The position numbers were made by a program, and so were the translations under genes. A DNA stretch of 64,000 nucleotides. Origin: Octopus bimaculoides (Eukaryota). The stretch spans positions 30,025,561-30,089,560 of the forward strand of contig NC_068990.1 in assembly GCF_001194135.2 (NCBI RefSeq), read 5' to 3'. Positions 13,563-27,600 of the stretch are shown here, in pieces. The notes below the pieces were generated by a model. That model was not told the DNA's origin, searched no databases, and worked only from the letters and a program-made list of their open reading frames with translations. The stretch's first letter is position 1. Each line of letters opens with the position of its first letter.

Positions 13563-16009
13563 CGTGCGCGTGTGCTTGTGCGTGATTGCATGCACATACA
13601 TACGTATGTATATTATATATTGAATTACCCAGAGCATGTAAAGTAGTGAGAATCACATCACTGATGCGTGTATACCAACAGACCTGAAAAATAAATAACG
13701 CTTCATGTTGTTGGATTTTACCTGAGTAAACGTTTCTCACTTTGAGACGATATGTGTTAACAATACACACAATTCAATGACATAGCAGACTCTGAAACAG
13801 CCTGTGTTTTAGTATAATTCAGCCACCTTAAGTGAGAGACAGTACATGGACCTCTGCACCGAGATAAGAATACTTGTTTCTGTCTATAAAATTCAACAAA
13901 CAAAATATTTTCAGATGCATGGTAAGGCCCACAAAACTGAAAGCTACAGAAGGTGTAAGTAAATTGAAATGAAAAATCAAAGAAACTTATTTTGTATATT
14001 TTCCTAGGTGTGCTATTCCTGGCTACGACAACGACACGTATAAAATCCAAAGTGAAATCCATAAAGAACTGATCAACGAATATATTGCAAAAAGTGAGGA
14101 TGAAGGGGAGGTGGTTTATGAAAAATGTTTGATATATTCCAATACCACAGAAAATGGAAATCGAACTACACAGAAGTGCAGCTCTTGGGTGTATGATAAA
14201 ACCAACACGCACACCTCAATCACCACTGAGGTAAGGTTCTTTTGTAGGTCATATCTATCTATCTACCTACCAAGCTATCTATCCATCTATTTAGCTATAT
14301 ATCTATATATTTATCTAGCTAGCTCGCTAGCTATCTAAAACTGCCCGACGAAAAGGAACATGAAACTCTGAGTAACAGCTTTTGTGATGTCTTTGCAACT
14401 TTATTAAAAAAGTATATATATAGGTGTGCGCGTGTGTGCGTGTATAGATAAAGATAGATTGTTCTGTCTGTCTGTCTGTCTATCAATCAACTCAGGTATC
14501 TATCTGTCTATCCATCTCCCTACCTATTTCCTGTCTACTTTTAATTTTACTTCTATGTCCACAAGCCTTTCATACATCCTTAGACTTTTAAAACTTTTAT
14601 ATCCACGAACCATTAAATCCTTTATATCCGTGATCCTTTAATCCGTGATCCTTTATATCTGTGAACCTTTATATCCCCCAACTTATTACAGAAACTTAAA
14701 CCTCTTTCTACTCTGCTCCCTTTTATTCTATTCTATATCGTTTCACTTTATTTTCTTTCGTTTGCCCTCTATATTGTATCTTATCCTGCTTTATTTTATT
14801 TTACTTCTTCTCATCTTCTCTGCCAATTCTACGAACAGCATTTCCCTATTATCTTACTGAAATATATGAGTGTATATATAGAAGTATACATGTATATGTG
14901 CGTATGTATATATATATATACATATATGTGTGCGCATGTTCATATATCATGAGTATGTGTGTGTGTTTGTGTGGGGGTGCGAATGTGGGGAGTGCGTGTG
15001 CATGTGTATAAAGTTGTTAGCTACGACCATGAGAAGCATTCAAGTTGTTTATGGAAGGATGTACAATTTACCTCTTCAAATCTTGAATATTGAATAGTTC
15101 TCAATAATATAAAAGTACAAAAATTTATTATTTTCGCTTTAGTTGTCACAGACGACATTGTGATTAACAACTTTAATAATAAAAACATTGAAATGTTAAA
15201 GATATATGAAAGAAGAATTCAGAACTTGTTACTGCGTGAATCCATACAATTTCATGGTGTCTGCATTTTATAAAATGGGGGCGTTGTAATATTCAACGTT
15301 AGACCAATTTCTTTTCACTCGTTGCTCAATATAATTTTGCTTGCGATTTTGTAACCTTCATAAACAAACATTTCCCTAATGACCATAACTATATTTTATC
15401 TATTATCATTTACAAATTTTATTTTATTATCATTATTATTATTATAATCATTATTATTATTATTATATAACAAGTGCATTGCTGAAATTGGATTAATCCA
15501 ATAATGGAAAATAATGTTTTAAATCAGTCCAAAAATGGTTCCACGCTCATTTTTTTTTTTTTTTTTTTTTGGTGATGAAAGTTTTAAGGAGGTTTTTTGA
15601 AGCGTTTCATTGCCTCTGCACCACCAAATTTTAGTGGCTGTACTCTCGCTGTTCCCTCACCAATGAACAGTGGTCCCTCTGACAGTGGCTCCTTTCCTAT
15701 TAGACAAACTGACTATTAAAGGGGTTTCCAAGAAACAGTGTTTCTACAATTTCAAAACATAAAATTATTATTATCAAAATTATAAAATGTATACATTAAA
15801 TAATTCTCATATTTCTCATTGCAGCTGAATCTCGTTTGCGATAAAGCAATTATGGCAAGGCACACCTTTACATTTTACTTCATGGGCTTCTTTTTTGCTA
15901 TGGTCACTTGTGGAATTTTATCAGACAGGTAAGTTTGGTGTATCATATCTGCACGCTGGTGTGTTTAGTGTTTGCATCATATTTTACATTTTTGCATACT
16001 TCATATATA

Positions 16010-16050
<41 letters not shown>

Positions 16051-19000
16051 TGCATGTATATGTATATGTAGTTGTGGATGTTAACTCGGGACCAAGCATG
16101 ACCACTTCATAAGTTCAAAACGTCCTTGTAAACGTTGTGAGAGTCCAAGAATTTCTTCTGCATGAATTTGTTTTGAGAAGAACCACTTTTCTGAGCAAAC
16201 GGCCATAAAACCAGAGGCGCAACAGAGGCTGAGATGACCAGAAGCCAACTGCACTTCAATGTTTTTTTATAGAAGTTTACCTTTGCCTGAGAGGAAGTTC
16301 TGACAAGAAGTAGGGGGTCCTTCATTCCCGGTGATTTACATGCTAATTAAGCCATACCTGGGACCTTAACAGGTGCTACTATTACAGGTCAGATCTGGGA
16401 CCAATAGTATCAATACCTACATAAATATGTACATACATATATAGATTGGTATACACACACGCGCGCGCATACACACGCGTGTACGCGCACACACACACGC
16501 ACACGCACACATATATATATACAGAGAGAGAGAAAGAGAGCTAGTGCCACAGGTAAAGATGCTTGGGTGTGTCTGCCTGCATCCCTATCTCCCAATCAAC
16601 TCACCTGGATTTCTCTTATGGCCACCCTTTACTCTCAGACTCAGTTTTTGATAAAGACTTTGGAGTGTAAGTTCACATCATTCCAGCTCTGTTATATGTT
16701 TTCTATATTGAGCATCTCTCGATCTCCACTGTAGACTATATANNNNNNNNNNNNNNNNNNNNNNNNNNNNNNNNNNNNNNNNNNNNNNNNNNNNNNNNNN
16801 NNNNNNNNNNNNNNNNNNNNNNNNNNNNNNNNNNNNNNNNNNNNNNNNNNNNNNNNNNNNNNNNNNNNNNNNNNNNNNNNNNNNNNNNNNNNNNNNNNNN
16901 NNNNNNNNNNNNNNNNNNNNNNNNNNNNNNNNNNNNNNNNNNNNNNNNNNNNNNNNNNNNNNNNNNNNNNNNNNNNNNNNNNNNNNNNNNNNNNNNNNNN
17001 NNNNNNNNNNNNNNNNNNNNNNNNNNNNNNNNNNNNNNNNNNNNNNNNNNNNNNNNNNNNNNNNNNNNNNNNNNNNNNNNNNNNNNNNNNNNNNNNNNNN
17101 NNNNNNNNNNNNNNNNNNNNNNNNNNNNNNNNNNNNNNNNNNNNNNNNNNNNNNNNNNNNNNNNNNNNNNNNNNNNNNNNNNNNNNNNNNNNNNNNNNNN
17201 NNNNNNNNNNNNNNNNNNNNNNNNNNNNNNNNNNNNNNNNNNNNNNNNNNNNNNNNNNNNNNNNNNNNNNNNNNNNNNNNNNNNNNNNNNNNNNNNNNNN
17301 NNNNNNNNNNNNNNNNNNNNNNNNNNNNNNNNNNNNNNNNNNNNNNNNNNNNNNNNNNNNNNNNNNNNNNNNNNNNNNNNNNNNNNNNNNNNNNNNNNNN
17401 NNNNNNNNNNNNNNNNNNNNNNNNNNNNNNNNNNNNNNNNNNNNNNNNNNNNNNNNNNNNNNNNNNNNNNNNNNNNNNNNNNNNNNNNNNNNNNNNNNNN
17501 NNNNNNNNNNNNNNNNNNNNNNNNNNNNNNNNNNNNNNNNNNNNNNNNNNNNNNNGGCGGGATTCTTTCAGTTTCCGTCTACCAAATCCACTCACAAGGC
17601 CTTGGTCGGCCCGAGGCTATACTAAAAGACACATTCCCAATGTGTCACGCAGTGGGACTAAATCTGGAACTATGTGTTTGGGGAAGAAGCTTCTTACCAC
17701 ACAGCCACTCCTGCGTCTGTCTGTGTGTGTGTATGTGTGGGGGGTGATATAATTAAACTTCAGTTGAGGCACCAATCCAGTTCGGTATAGTCCACACACC
17801 TCGAATTTAGGTGACCAACCTGCGTATAAGTAACAAGGATGTCCCGGTGTCAATGCATTACGGCCGTTTCAAGCGGCTCCATTTAATCGCTCAATGACAA
17901 CATAACATTAGTTTGAAAGAAACTGCTCTCCCCAGACATAGATGAACATATAGATTTCCAGCAGAAAGGATAAACCATTTTAGCAACAATATATCAGTAC
18001 TAGAATCGAAAATAATTACATAGTTTCCTTATGTTATATTTGTGCCAGAAACAATGTAATTATTTTGGTTTCTAGAATTGGTGAAAATTTGCTAAAAATA
18101 CTAAAAATGGTTTATCCTTTATGTTGGAAATCTATGTGGTCATTTACGCCTGAGGAGAACGATTTCTTTCAAATTGATGCAATGCTCTTATTGATCAATT
18201 AAATGGATCCGCTTGAAACGGCCGTAATGCATTGACATCTAGATACCCTTGTTACTTATTTGCGTTTCATATATATATGGGTGGGTGTGGGTGTGGGTGG
18301 GTGTATGGTGGTGGTGGGGTGTTGAATGTGTGTGTGTATATATAGAAATGAATATTTATTATCCTTAAGCAAGAATGTTGTTGACAGTGATTTCGAAGTT
18401 TCGACCAGCTAAGCCATCGTCCGACTGCAATGCATTAGAGTTAGTGTTGCTTTATATAGTCTCTTGCGCAGAGAATCTTCCTTGGGTTTGTGGGTTTGAG
18501 TGGAGTGGTAATCAGGTGTTTATGGTTGGTTATTATGGAGAGGTGTTTTGGAGAAATTTTTGTTGATTAAATTTGGGACGATGTTATTGTTTAGAATTTA
18601 TTCATGTAGGTAGAAATTTGCAGACAAGTGTGTAGGTGTTTCTCTTTTCTTAGGTAGGCACAAGGTGTGAGAGTATTGTTGTTGCTTTTGGTATTTTGGG
18701 GTTTATTGGATTTGACAATGGAAAGGTCAAAGGTACAAAGTCCAGTATTCAAGTCCTTAGCAATTGGGTGTCTCAACGTTTTTGTTTTTAACAAAAGAAT
18801 GCAGGTAGACGGTAAGTTCTGGCAGAGAAATTCCTAAACATTTATGAATTTTTACATACCATAAGATTAGTACCAGGCTTGAGAAAAAAGTACTAGGGTC
18901 GTTTCATTTGACTAGAAATTCTTCAAGGCGGTGCCCCAGCATGGCCACAGTCGAAAGACTGAAACAAGTAAGAGACACATGAATAAACAGTACAATAGTT

Positions 19001-21555
19001 TCTTCACAAATTAATGCAAATAAAGAAAGCTAGCCCATCAGATTAGCGGAGCATCAACTGTTCAACTTTAAACATACACAATAAAGTCCTTTATATATAC
19101 AATGTACNNNNNNNNNNNNNNNNNNNNNNNNNNNNNNNNNNNNNNNNNNNNNNNNNNATTCCCCATTCTTAATTTAAGCAAAATAACAAGAAATAACAAG
19201 AAGTGAAGTAAAAATAATATTAAAAATATATGAAAATATAAGCAAATAATATAAAAGAACTCTTCACCAAAGTAATTACACAGAGGGAAATATGGGGGAC
19301 AAAAGATCTGATGATTTTAAGATTCTATGGAATTCATGGATAACTTACTTCATAAGTAATTTCCTAGATTGTTACATGATGTCCTTCCATAACTATTCGC
19401 CAAATCTTCTCAATCACCGCCTCGTTTCCGCTTGTGGATGGCCTACCTGAACATGCCTCACTCACCACTCAGTAGAAGCCATATTTGTAGCAGTTGTACC
19501 ACTCCTTAATCTGAGTTTTCTCCATGGCATCATATCGCCAATGGTTTGTTGAATTGTCTGGATGGTTTGAGCTTGAGTATCACCAAGCTTTTGGTCAAAC
19601 ATGATGCAATATCTCTGCTTGATGCAATTGGTCATCTTACGGGAAAACGAAAATCCGAGTGGGAACTACATATCTGTACTTTGGGCATAACAGCCGAGAA
19701 CTGATGCAGCCTACAGGTACAGGAAGGGCGGTGTCACCTCCCATCCAAAGGATGTTGCCCACGTGACATTAGATTTGGAGGAAAAGACATTAAATTCGTA
19801 TACTTTTTGTGCACACTTCGTGTGTGTGTGGGGGTGGTTAACCAGATGAATTTTAAGTTCATCTCTTCAATCTTTTTCAGATTTGGTCGGAAGAAAGTGA
19901 TAATTGTGTGTTTATTTTTGCAAAGGTCAACCGGAATAGCAACGGCCTTAATCTCCAACATTTATGCCATATATGTGTTACGTTTTATCACTGCTATTGG
20001 TGGTGCTGGATCCTACGTTCCTTCGGTTGTCTTTGGTAAGCAAACAACAATAAAGCACCATAAATGTCCACTTTTAATTTTAAATGCAAGTTGAATTATC
20101 TTCTGTCTTTTTTTCTTCATCGGCTCTCATCCATTAGAGGGAGTCCTTTGAGGGGTTTTAATCATATCAACAACTTTATTTTATCTCATTAGGGAAGAAC
20201 TGTTACGTTGCTCTGAGTGGAAAGTGAGCAGTCTTCATGAGGCAGTATGCCAAGTGACATTGTTGTGTTCGCAAGTTGTAAAATTTGTGTTCTTGTGATC
20301 ACGTGTATGGTGTAGTCTGCACTTTTTGTCAAGGACAGGAAGCTGGAACAAAGAACCAACGTGAAATTTTTCGTTAAACTTGGAAAGTCTGCTACAGAGA
20401 CATTGAGCCCTGCTTCAGGAATCTTACGGTGATGAGGCAATGGGTCGTACGCAAAGTTTCAAGTGGTACGGATGCTTCAAAAGCGGAAGAACGTCCCTGG
20501 GAGACGATGAACGATCAGGAAGACCTCCAACGAACGTTACCCCTGGAAATGTGGAGAAAAGTCATCAGCTTGTAAATGAGGATCGACAGAGGACAACGAA
20601 CCAGGTTTTGAAGCATTTGAGGGAGGACATTCTGCGAAAGCGATCGGATCTATGGAGAACAAAGAATTGGATTCTTAACGATGACAGTGCACCCTGTCAC
20701 CAAGCTCTCCTCACCCTTGAGTTTCCCACCAAAACAACATCGTATCGCCTCCGCACCCGCCATATTCGCCAGATTTTACACCTGCAGGCTTATATTTCTT
20801 CCCCTAAGATGAAAATGCAACTCAAAGGTTGCCGTTTCGACACCATTCTCAAGATCAAGAGAGAAAGGCAGAAAGTCCTCGACTTCCAGGTTGGATACCA
20901 AAACTGGCAGAAACACTGGGACGGGTGTATTGCTGCGCAAGGTGACTATTTCGAAGGAGATGATATTAAAAACTTAGATAAATAAGTTATTTTTTTTATT
21001 AAACATAGATAGTCCGGGAAGATTTTCATACCACCTCGTATGCATACATATTCATGGTGGCATGCATATATACATGCACACACAAAAACACATATAACCC
21101 CCCCACACACACACACACACACACATACATATAGGTTATGAACAAACAGAATAAAATGTAACACGTTAAATGAGTGTGTGGGTATATATATATATGTAAC
21201 TGTATATAATATATATCATAATGATATTTATTCTCCGATTTGAAGCGACATTTTTTTAAAATATAAACAAATGACTGAAAAATGATGAGCTAGCCTCAGG
21301 CAGAATTGAACTCACGAATCGACGCTTTCGCGGCTCCTTGCGAATCCTATTGGCCAAACGTTCGAGCTTCATGGCTGGCTGCCGATAGATTTCTGTAAAA
21401 TATGGATAGTTTATACTGTTCATGCTATATTATAAGCATTATCCTGCGTTTGAGAATAAAATTATTTCCTTATCTTTCAATACATCTCAACGCTTCTAAA
21501 GCAAACTTTGTTTGTTGACTTTCAACGTAAGTTGAATTTAATGCACACACTCACG

Positions 21556-21650
<95 letters not shown>

Positions 21651-24600
21651 AACAATAAGCAACACGGATTTCAAAAGTGATTGCAGTACGCACGTTTCAT
21701 GCTACATCAATTTATTTAAGTAATGTGAGCATTACCTTAAATGCAATATGAAGAGCAATCTTCAGCTGCACGAAAAAATGTAGAAAAAAAGACATATTAC
21801 AAATGTGGCAACATATTAAAACCAAGTGGGAGAGAGCAGAGGAAGAATATATAAGTCCATCTTGACATAGCAGATAGTTGGAATTTCCAAAAAAAAACAC
21901 AAGAGACGAAGACGTATTTAAAGAACAAACAGGTGTATTAGTTTAACGCTCGGGAAGGTGAGAAAATCTTTTAAGTTTCGAGCCTACGCTCTTCAGCCGA
22001 AAGGAACATGAGAAAACAAGAGTTAAGGAATGGTATCGATAAGATGCAATCTACATATGTTTCATAGCGAGTGGAACCTCGAAAGTGGTAAATACCCAAG
22101 TGAGGGTTATACTACAGGCTACTCGTCAGGTTGAAGGAATCTTGATTAAATGAAGTTTAATTCTAGCATTCTGATCGAATCTTCCGTGTGTTACTTCATG
22201 CCCCCTTAGAACAATGCAACCTTTATTTAATCAAGGTGCCCTCGACCTGACGAGTAGCCTGTGGTATACACCTCGCTTGGATATTTACCACTTTCGAGAT
22301 TCAGCTCGCTATTAAACCTATGTAGCCCGGATTTTATTTACGCCATTCCTTAACTCTTGTATTCTTGATCACATACCTGGCAACCCTGGCTGCCTTCCTT
22401 GAAATATAAAATTATTTTTGTCAGCTTATCGTACTTCGATACGGAAACGAATTCACAACCTTCCTCCCCATTAAACCACTGTTGTTCCTGAAAGTTGTTT
22501 TTTTTTATATTTTGCTACGGATTGCCTTAAGCTCAGCTTCATACACCTCGATCCTTGAATCCCATGGTCAGTCTTTCTTTCTCTCCCTTTTCTACACCTT
22601 TCGCGTAGTTGACTGGTCCTAAATTATCTGTGTTCCGCTGGCACATGACATGTCTTGTTGTTATTTCTTGTTTTCCTAATCTAGCAGGATACTAGCACGA
22701 CATTACACCAAACTCAGCGGTGATGGCCATGTAGTATTCCACTAAACTGAAGTTGTATTCTGTCATAAAAGTAAGATTAGACTCCATACAATAATAAATA
22801 GGAATTATTTGGGACAGATGATACAGACACAGCTTTTCATACAATATAACAAATCAAATATTAACATGTTGTGGATCCTTTCTGAATAACAAGTAAACGC
22901 TAACTAGTCTTGAGACAAAATTGCAAGGGGTATCAGAAACGCTTGTGCGGTGTCGTGTGTGAGGCTTAAACGGAAAACGTATTCAGTTCATAGCTTGGAC
23001 TTACTCTCACAAGTTCATAGCAGGTGTCAACGAAATTGGTAACATGACAGGCTAATGTCGAGTAGGCAGTGACGGTAGATTAGCTGCTGAACAAATCGCC
23101 ATGATAACATAGGATATAATGATAGCTATTGAAAACGACGGTGGTCTGAAATCTGCTAGGCAAGCGTCATTAGAACGACGATAGTAAGAAGACTGCTAGT
23201 CAAATGTCATTAGAAAGACGGACGGTAACCACATATGGTCTATAGCCTGAAGCAAAAGAGATTGGACAGCCGAAAAAGCTGCTGTTATATCTTTTATGTC
23301 TTGCTGCTTGATTTTCCCACCAGGGAAAAATGACTTGTTGGGAGACGATTGGATAGTTGTACTCGACCATCCCAACTTAGCGTCTGTAGTTTTGTAAAAT
23401 ATGTCCGTTTCTATATTTCTAACCAGTATGTCTAGGAACGGGGTTTCCCCTTGATTCTGTTCCATTGTGAATTGTATGTTTGTTTTAATACGATTAAGGA
23501 GTCTTTTGAAATCCAGGAGTTTATCTATGTTTTCATTCCAGAGGATGAAGCAGTCGTCCAAAACTTTTCTAATTTTCTTTTATATATTGGGAGAGAGGGT
23601 TTCCAAATTTTGGAAATACCTCCTTATATATTGTTATTTCTAAATAGCCCATCGTTAGGTTGACAATAAACGGGGCTGCCTTGGTCCCCATTGCAATTCC
23701 AGATTTTTAGCGATAAATAGTGGGGTCGAACATGAAATGGTTATTTTGTGGGATGAATTTTATTGATTCAATTATGAAATCTTCGTTGATCCGTTCTGGT
23801 ATTTCGTCTGGATATTTGTCCAGCCAGAAATGAATTGCTTCTATTCCAAAACTATGGGGTATGTTGGTGTATAAATTAATTACATCGAATGATACCATAA
23901 TTGTTTCCTCCTTAACCCTTTCTGGCAGGTGATTTAACATATCTAAGTCATCTCTAATATGACTCTTAATATGTTTTAGAAATGGTTTCAGGAAGATGTC
24001 CATGAGGCAACTTAGTCGATGTATTTCACAGGATGGTCTAGCTATAATGGGCCGTAATTTTAGGTCTCCTGGTGTTGATGTATGTATGTATGTATGTATG
24101 TATGTATGTATGTATGTATGTATGTATACCTTTGGTGATTTTTTGATGGCTTCGTTTATAGTCTGGCTTTTGTGAATTTTCGGTAGACCATAGAATAGGC
24201 TGGGTTTACATTTAAAGTTTTTTATGTAATCTATTTCTTTTTCTGTTAGATCTTTTCCGTGGATTTGAATTAGTGAAGAGAGGTTTTTCATTATTTTTTG
24301 GTGGGTGTGATCTTTATGGTGGGTGTGATCATTATTTAGCATGGTTACCACTAGATTTTTGTAGTAAAATGTGTCCATTACCACTACNNNNNNNNNNNNN
24401 NNNNNNNNNNNNNNNNNNNNNNNNNNNNNNNNNNNNNNNNNNNNNNNNNNNNNNNNNNNNNNNNNNNNNNNNNNNNNNNNNNNNNNNNNNNNNNNNNNNN
24501 NNNNNNNNNNNNNNNNNNNNNNNNNNNNNNNNNNNNNNNNNNNNNNNNNNNNNNNNNNNNNNNNNNNNNNNNNNNNNNNNNNNNNNNNNNNNNNNNNNNN

Positions 24601-27600
24601 NTATATATATGTATATGTAGTAAGTACGTAAGGAGACAAATCGCAAATCCATTCAGGTAGATGGCCCTGCTCAATCTGTAGAAAAGATCTAGGTAGAAAC
24701 TCCATACGATGTACACAGTGTAAGCTATGGACACATAAGAGGTGCAGCAATATCAAAGGAAGGTGAACAGGGAAAATAAATTTTGTGTGTGGAAGGTGCA
24801 CAGGTACAATAAATACTACAAATGTACAGAAAATGGACCCCATCCAATACTAGTGGGGGTAAGGTAGAGGTAGTTGATAGCTTCTATTATCCTCGTAATC
24901 AAGTGAGTAGTGAAAGTGGATGTTCCAACAGCGTAGCTACGAGAAAAAGAATAGGCCGGGCGAAATTCAGAAAGCTCTTACCTCTGTTGGTAACAAAGGG
25001 CCTCTCCGTAAGAATAAAAACATACTGTATGATGCATGTGTGCGAACAGCTATGCTACATGGTAGTGAAACATAAACTGCGACAGTCGAGGACATTCGTA
25101 GGCTTGAAAGAAATGAAGCTAGCATCTTCTCTAGTTGTGCAATGTAAGTGGCATGTACGACAGAATGTTAGCATATTGAGAGATAAGTTGGGCATAAGTG
25201 GCATCAGATGTGGTGTGTAAGGGAGGAAACTGCGATGGTATGGTCATGTGATGTTTATGGACGAGAACAGCTGTGTAAAGAAGTGCCGATATCTAACTGT
25301 GAATGTGTTGTGTGAACGCCCCAGACGATAAGTAGGCTAGTCCAATACATATAAATGGTGGACGTGATAGCTAGTCGTAGAAGCGTCGAGTAGATTTTAT
25401 GAGTTGAGTTGTTGATTTGGTCGGACGATAGCGTTGTTGTTGCGAGCGGTGAATTATTGTACAATGAATTTTTGAAACTGTTATATTGTTGGAATTTTGT
25501 AATTATTGATGAATTTGATTCTTTCTTCCCCATTGTTGGGTGAAGATATGGAAGCTGGCAGTTACGCTATGAGTAAAATCCAAGAGTATTGGAATCTTAA
25601 TAATGGATTTACAAAGGCAATGACCAATCTTAAGGACAATTGGATTTTACTCACACGGTATTGGGATCTTATATGTATACCATTCTGCCTAAACAATGGA
25701 TTTACAAATACAATATCCCTACATTCACTCTCTATTTCCTATCTTAACTAAACTAACTATTGCATAACCATCCTCTCACACCGTCTCCAATGAAGGGATA
25801 TAACAAACATCCTGGAAACAGCTGTAAGACCTTCTATTTATAAATGTTCTATATCATACACAGCCTTGGTTTTTTATCTCATTACGAAAAGTAAATCCTT
25901 ATATACATACATACATACATACATACATACATACATACATACATACATACATACGCACGCGCGCGTATGTGTGTGTATGCGTGTGTGTGTGTATTATAAT
26001 TCCCTCTTTATATCATCATCTTTGTAATTGTTCTCATTTTTCCTCATCATTCTTTCAAATTCTAGCTTCTGAAGTCTCTTCGGTGGACAGTAGAATGAAA
26101 TCTTCCATGGCAATCCAAATAGTGTTTTCCATCGGATACCTGATCCTTTCTCTGCTGACTTATTTTGTGAGGACCCGGAGGACTTTGATGATCATAATAT
26201 CAATCCCGTCACTGATGCTCGGTACCGCCTATATCTGGTAGGTATACATGTATGACGGGTGAATGAATGGATGTGTGTGTGTGGATATATGGGTGTATGA
26301 TTAATGGATCTATGTATGTACGAATGTATGGATGTCTACATATATGTATGGCTGGATGTGTGTATGTATATATGTATGTATTGATGTATGCATGTATGTA
26401 TGGTTGGGTGTATGTATGGCTGGGTGCATGTATCAATGTATGTATGCATATATGTACGTATGAGTAAATGAATATATGGGTGCATGGATTTATATATACG
26501 GACGCACTTAAGTATATGTGGGTGCATATATGTATATATGGATGGATGTATACATGGGTAGATGAATAGATATGTGCGTATGGGTACGTGTGTGTGTATG
26601 TGTTAGTTTGCACGTAAGTCTATATGTATATACAACCCGTTACATAGTTGGCGATTAAACTTGCAACCCTAACAAGTTCGTTTGGGAAGGAGGGTGGGAG
26701 TGGGGTGTGTTTATATTGGACACTTTCCAGGATGAGAAGCAAAACACGTCAAAAGACAGCTGGGGGTGAGTAACCCTTAGTCTTTGTTTAGATATCTCTC
26801 TCGGGGAAGGAAAACTATGATCTAACACCTGTACCTTCGTTTGAATCCAATTATGTAGATTAGTTCTTCTTTTGGGGCAAAAGCATTCGATGTTTAGAGA
26901 CGGGTAACTTAAGAAGCTTCAAATACAGGCTTCACCTGACTTTTAAACATCTTTATTAACATCATAGGTGCAGTCGTAGCTGTGTGGTAAGACGCTTGCT
27001 TCCCAACCACATGGTTCTGGGTTCAGTCTCACTCTATAGCACCTTGAACAAATGTCTCTCTATTTACTTATCTGTGTGTTTGTATGTACGTATGTATGTA
27101 TGTATGTATGTGCATGTGTGTACATATATATATGTGCGTGTGTGTGGTTGTACTTTCCGTTTTCTATTTGCAAGGTTTCTAGACGAATCTCCCCGATGGC
27201 TCCTCAATAAAAAGAGAACAAAATATGCCAACAAGATTCTTAGCAACATCGCCAAACTGAATAAAACAGTTTTGCCTCAAACAGAAATCGTTAACATTTT
27301 CTCATCGAACAATAAAGAAGTAGAAATCTGGAAAATGTTTACCATTCCTCAGCTTCTAAAACGGACTCTAATTTTGATGCTAAACTGGTGAGTGATATTA
27401 CAGTTACCATTTTCTGTGTACTCATTATCTTTCATCGTTTACTTGTTTCAATCATTTGACTGCGACCATGCTGGGGTACCGCCTTGAAAAAACATACTTG
27501 AATTAATTGACCTCAGACTTTTTAAATCCTGGTCCTGATTCCATTGGTTTCTTTCTAACCGTTAAGTTATGGGGACATAGACAAACCAACACAGGTGGTA

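Noticed and set aside
9217-13770. Long ORFs in the supplied track here and at 16678-17595, 24273-24734, 28220-28534, 31450-31875, 42570-42953, 55230-56256
   Set aside because: They are open only because they span N-gaps or (CA)n/(TA)n tracts.
22620-23360. Hydrophobic minus-strand peptides ([19 protein letters not shown]), with 25320-25540, suggesting a GPCR pseudogene split by TEs
   Set aside because: Many stops, motif spacing too short and no clear DRY or NPxxY; needs TBLASTX or an HMM search to revisit.
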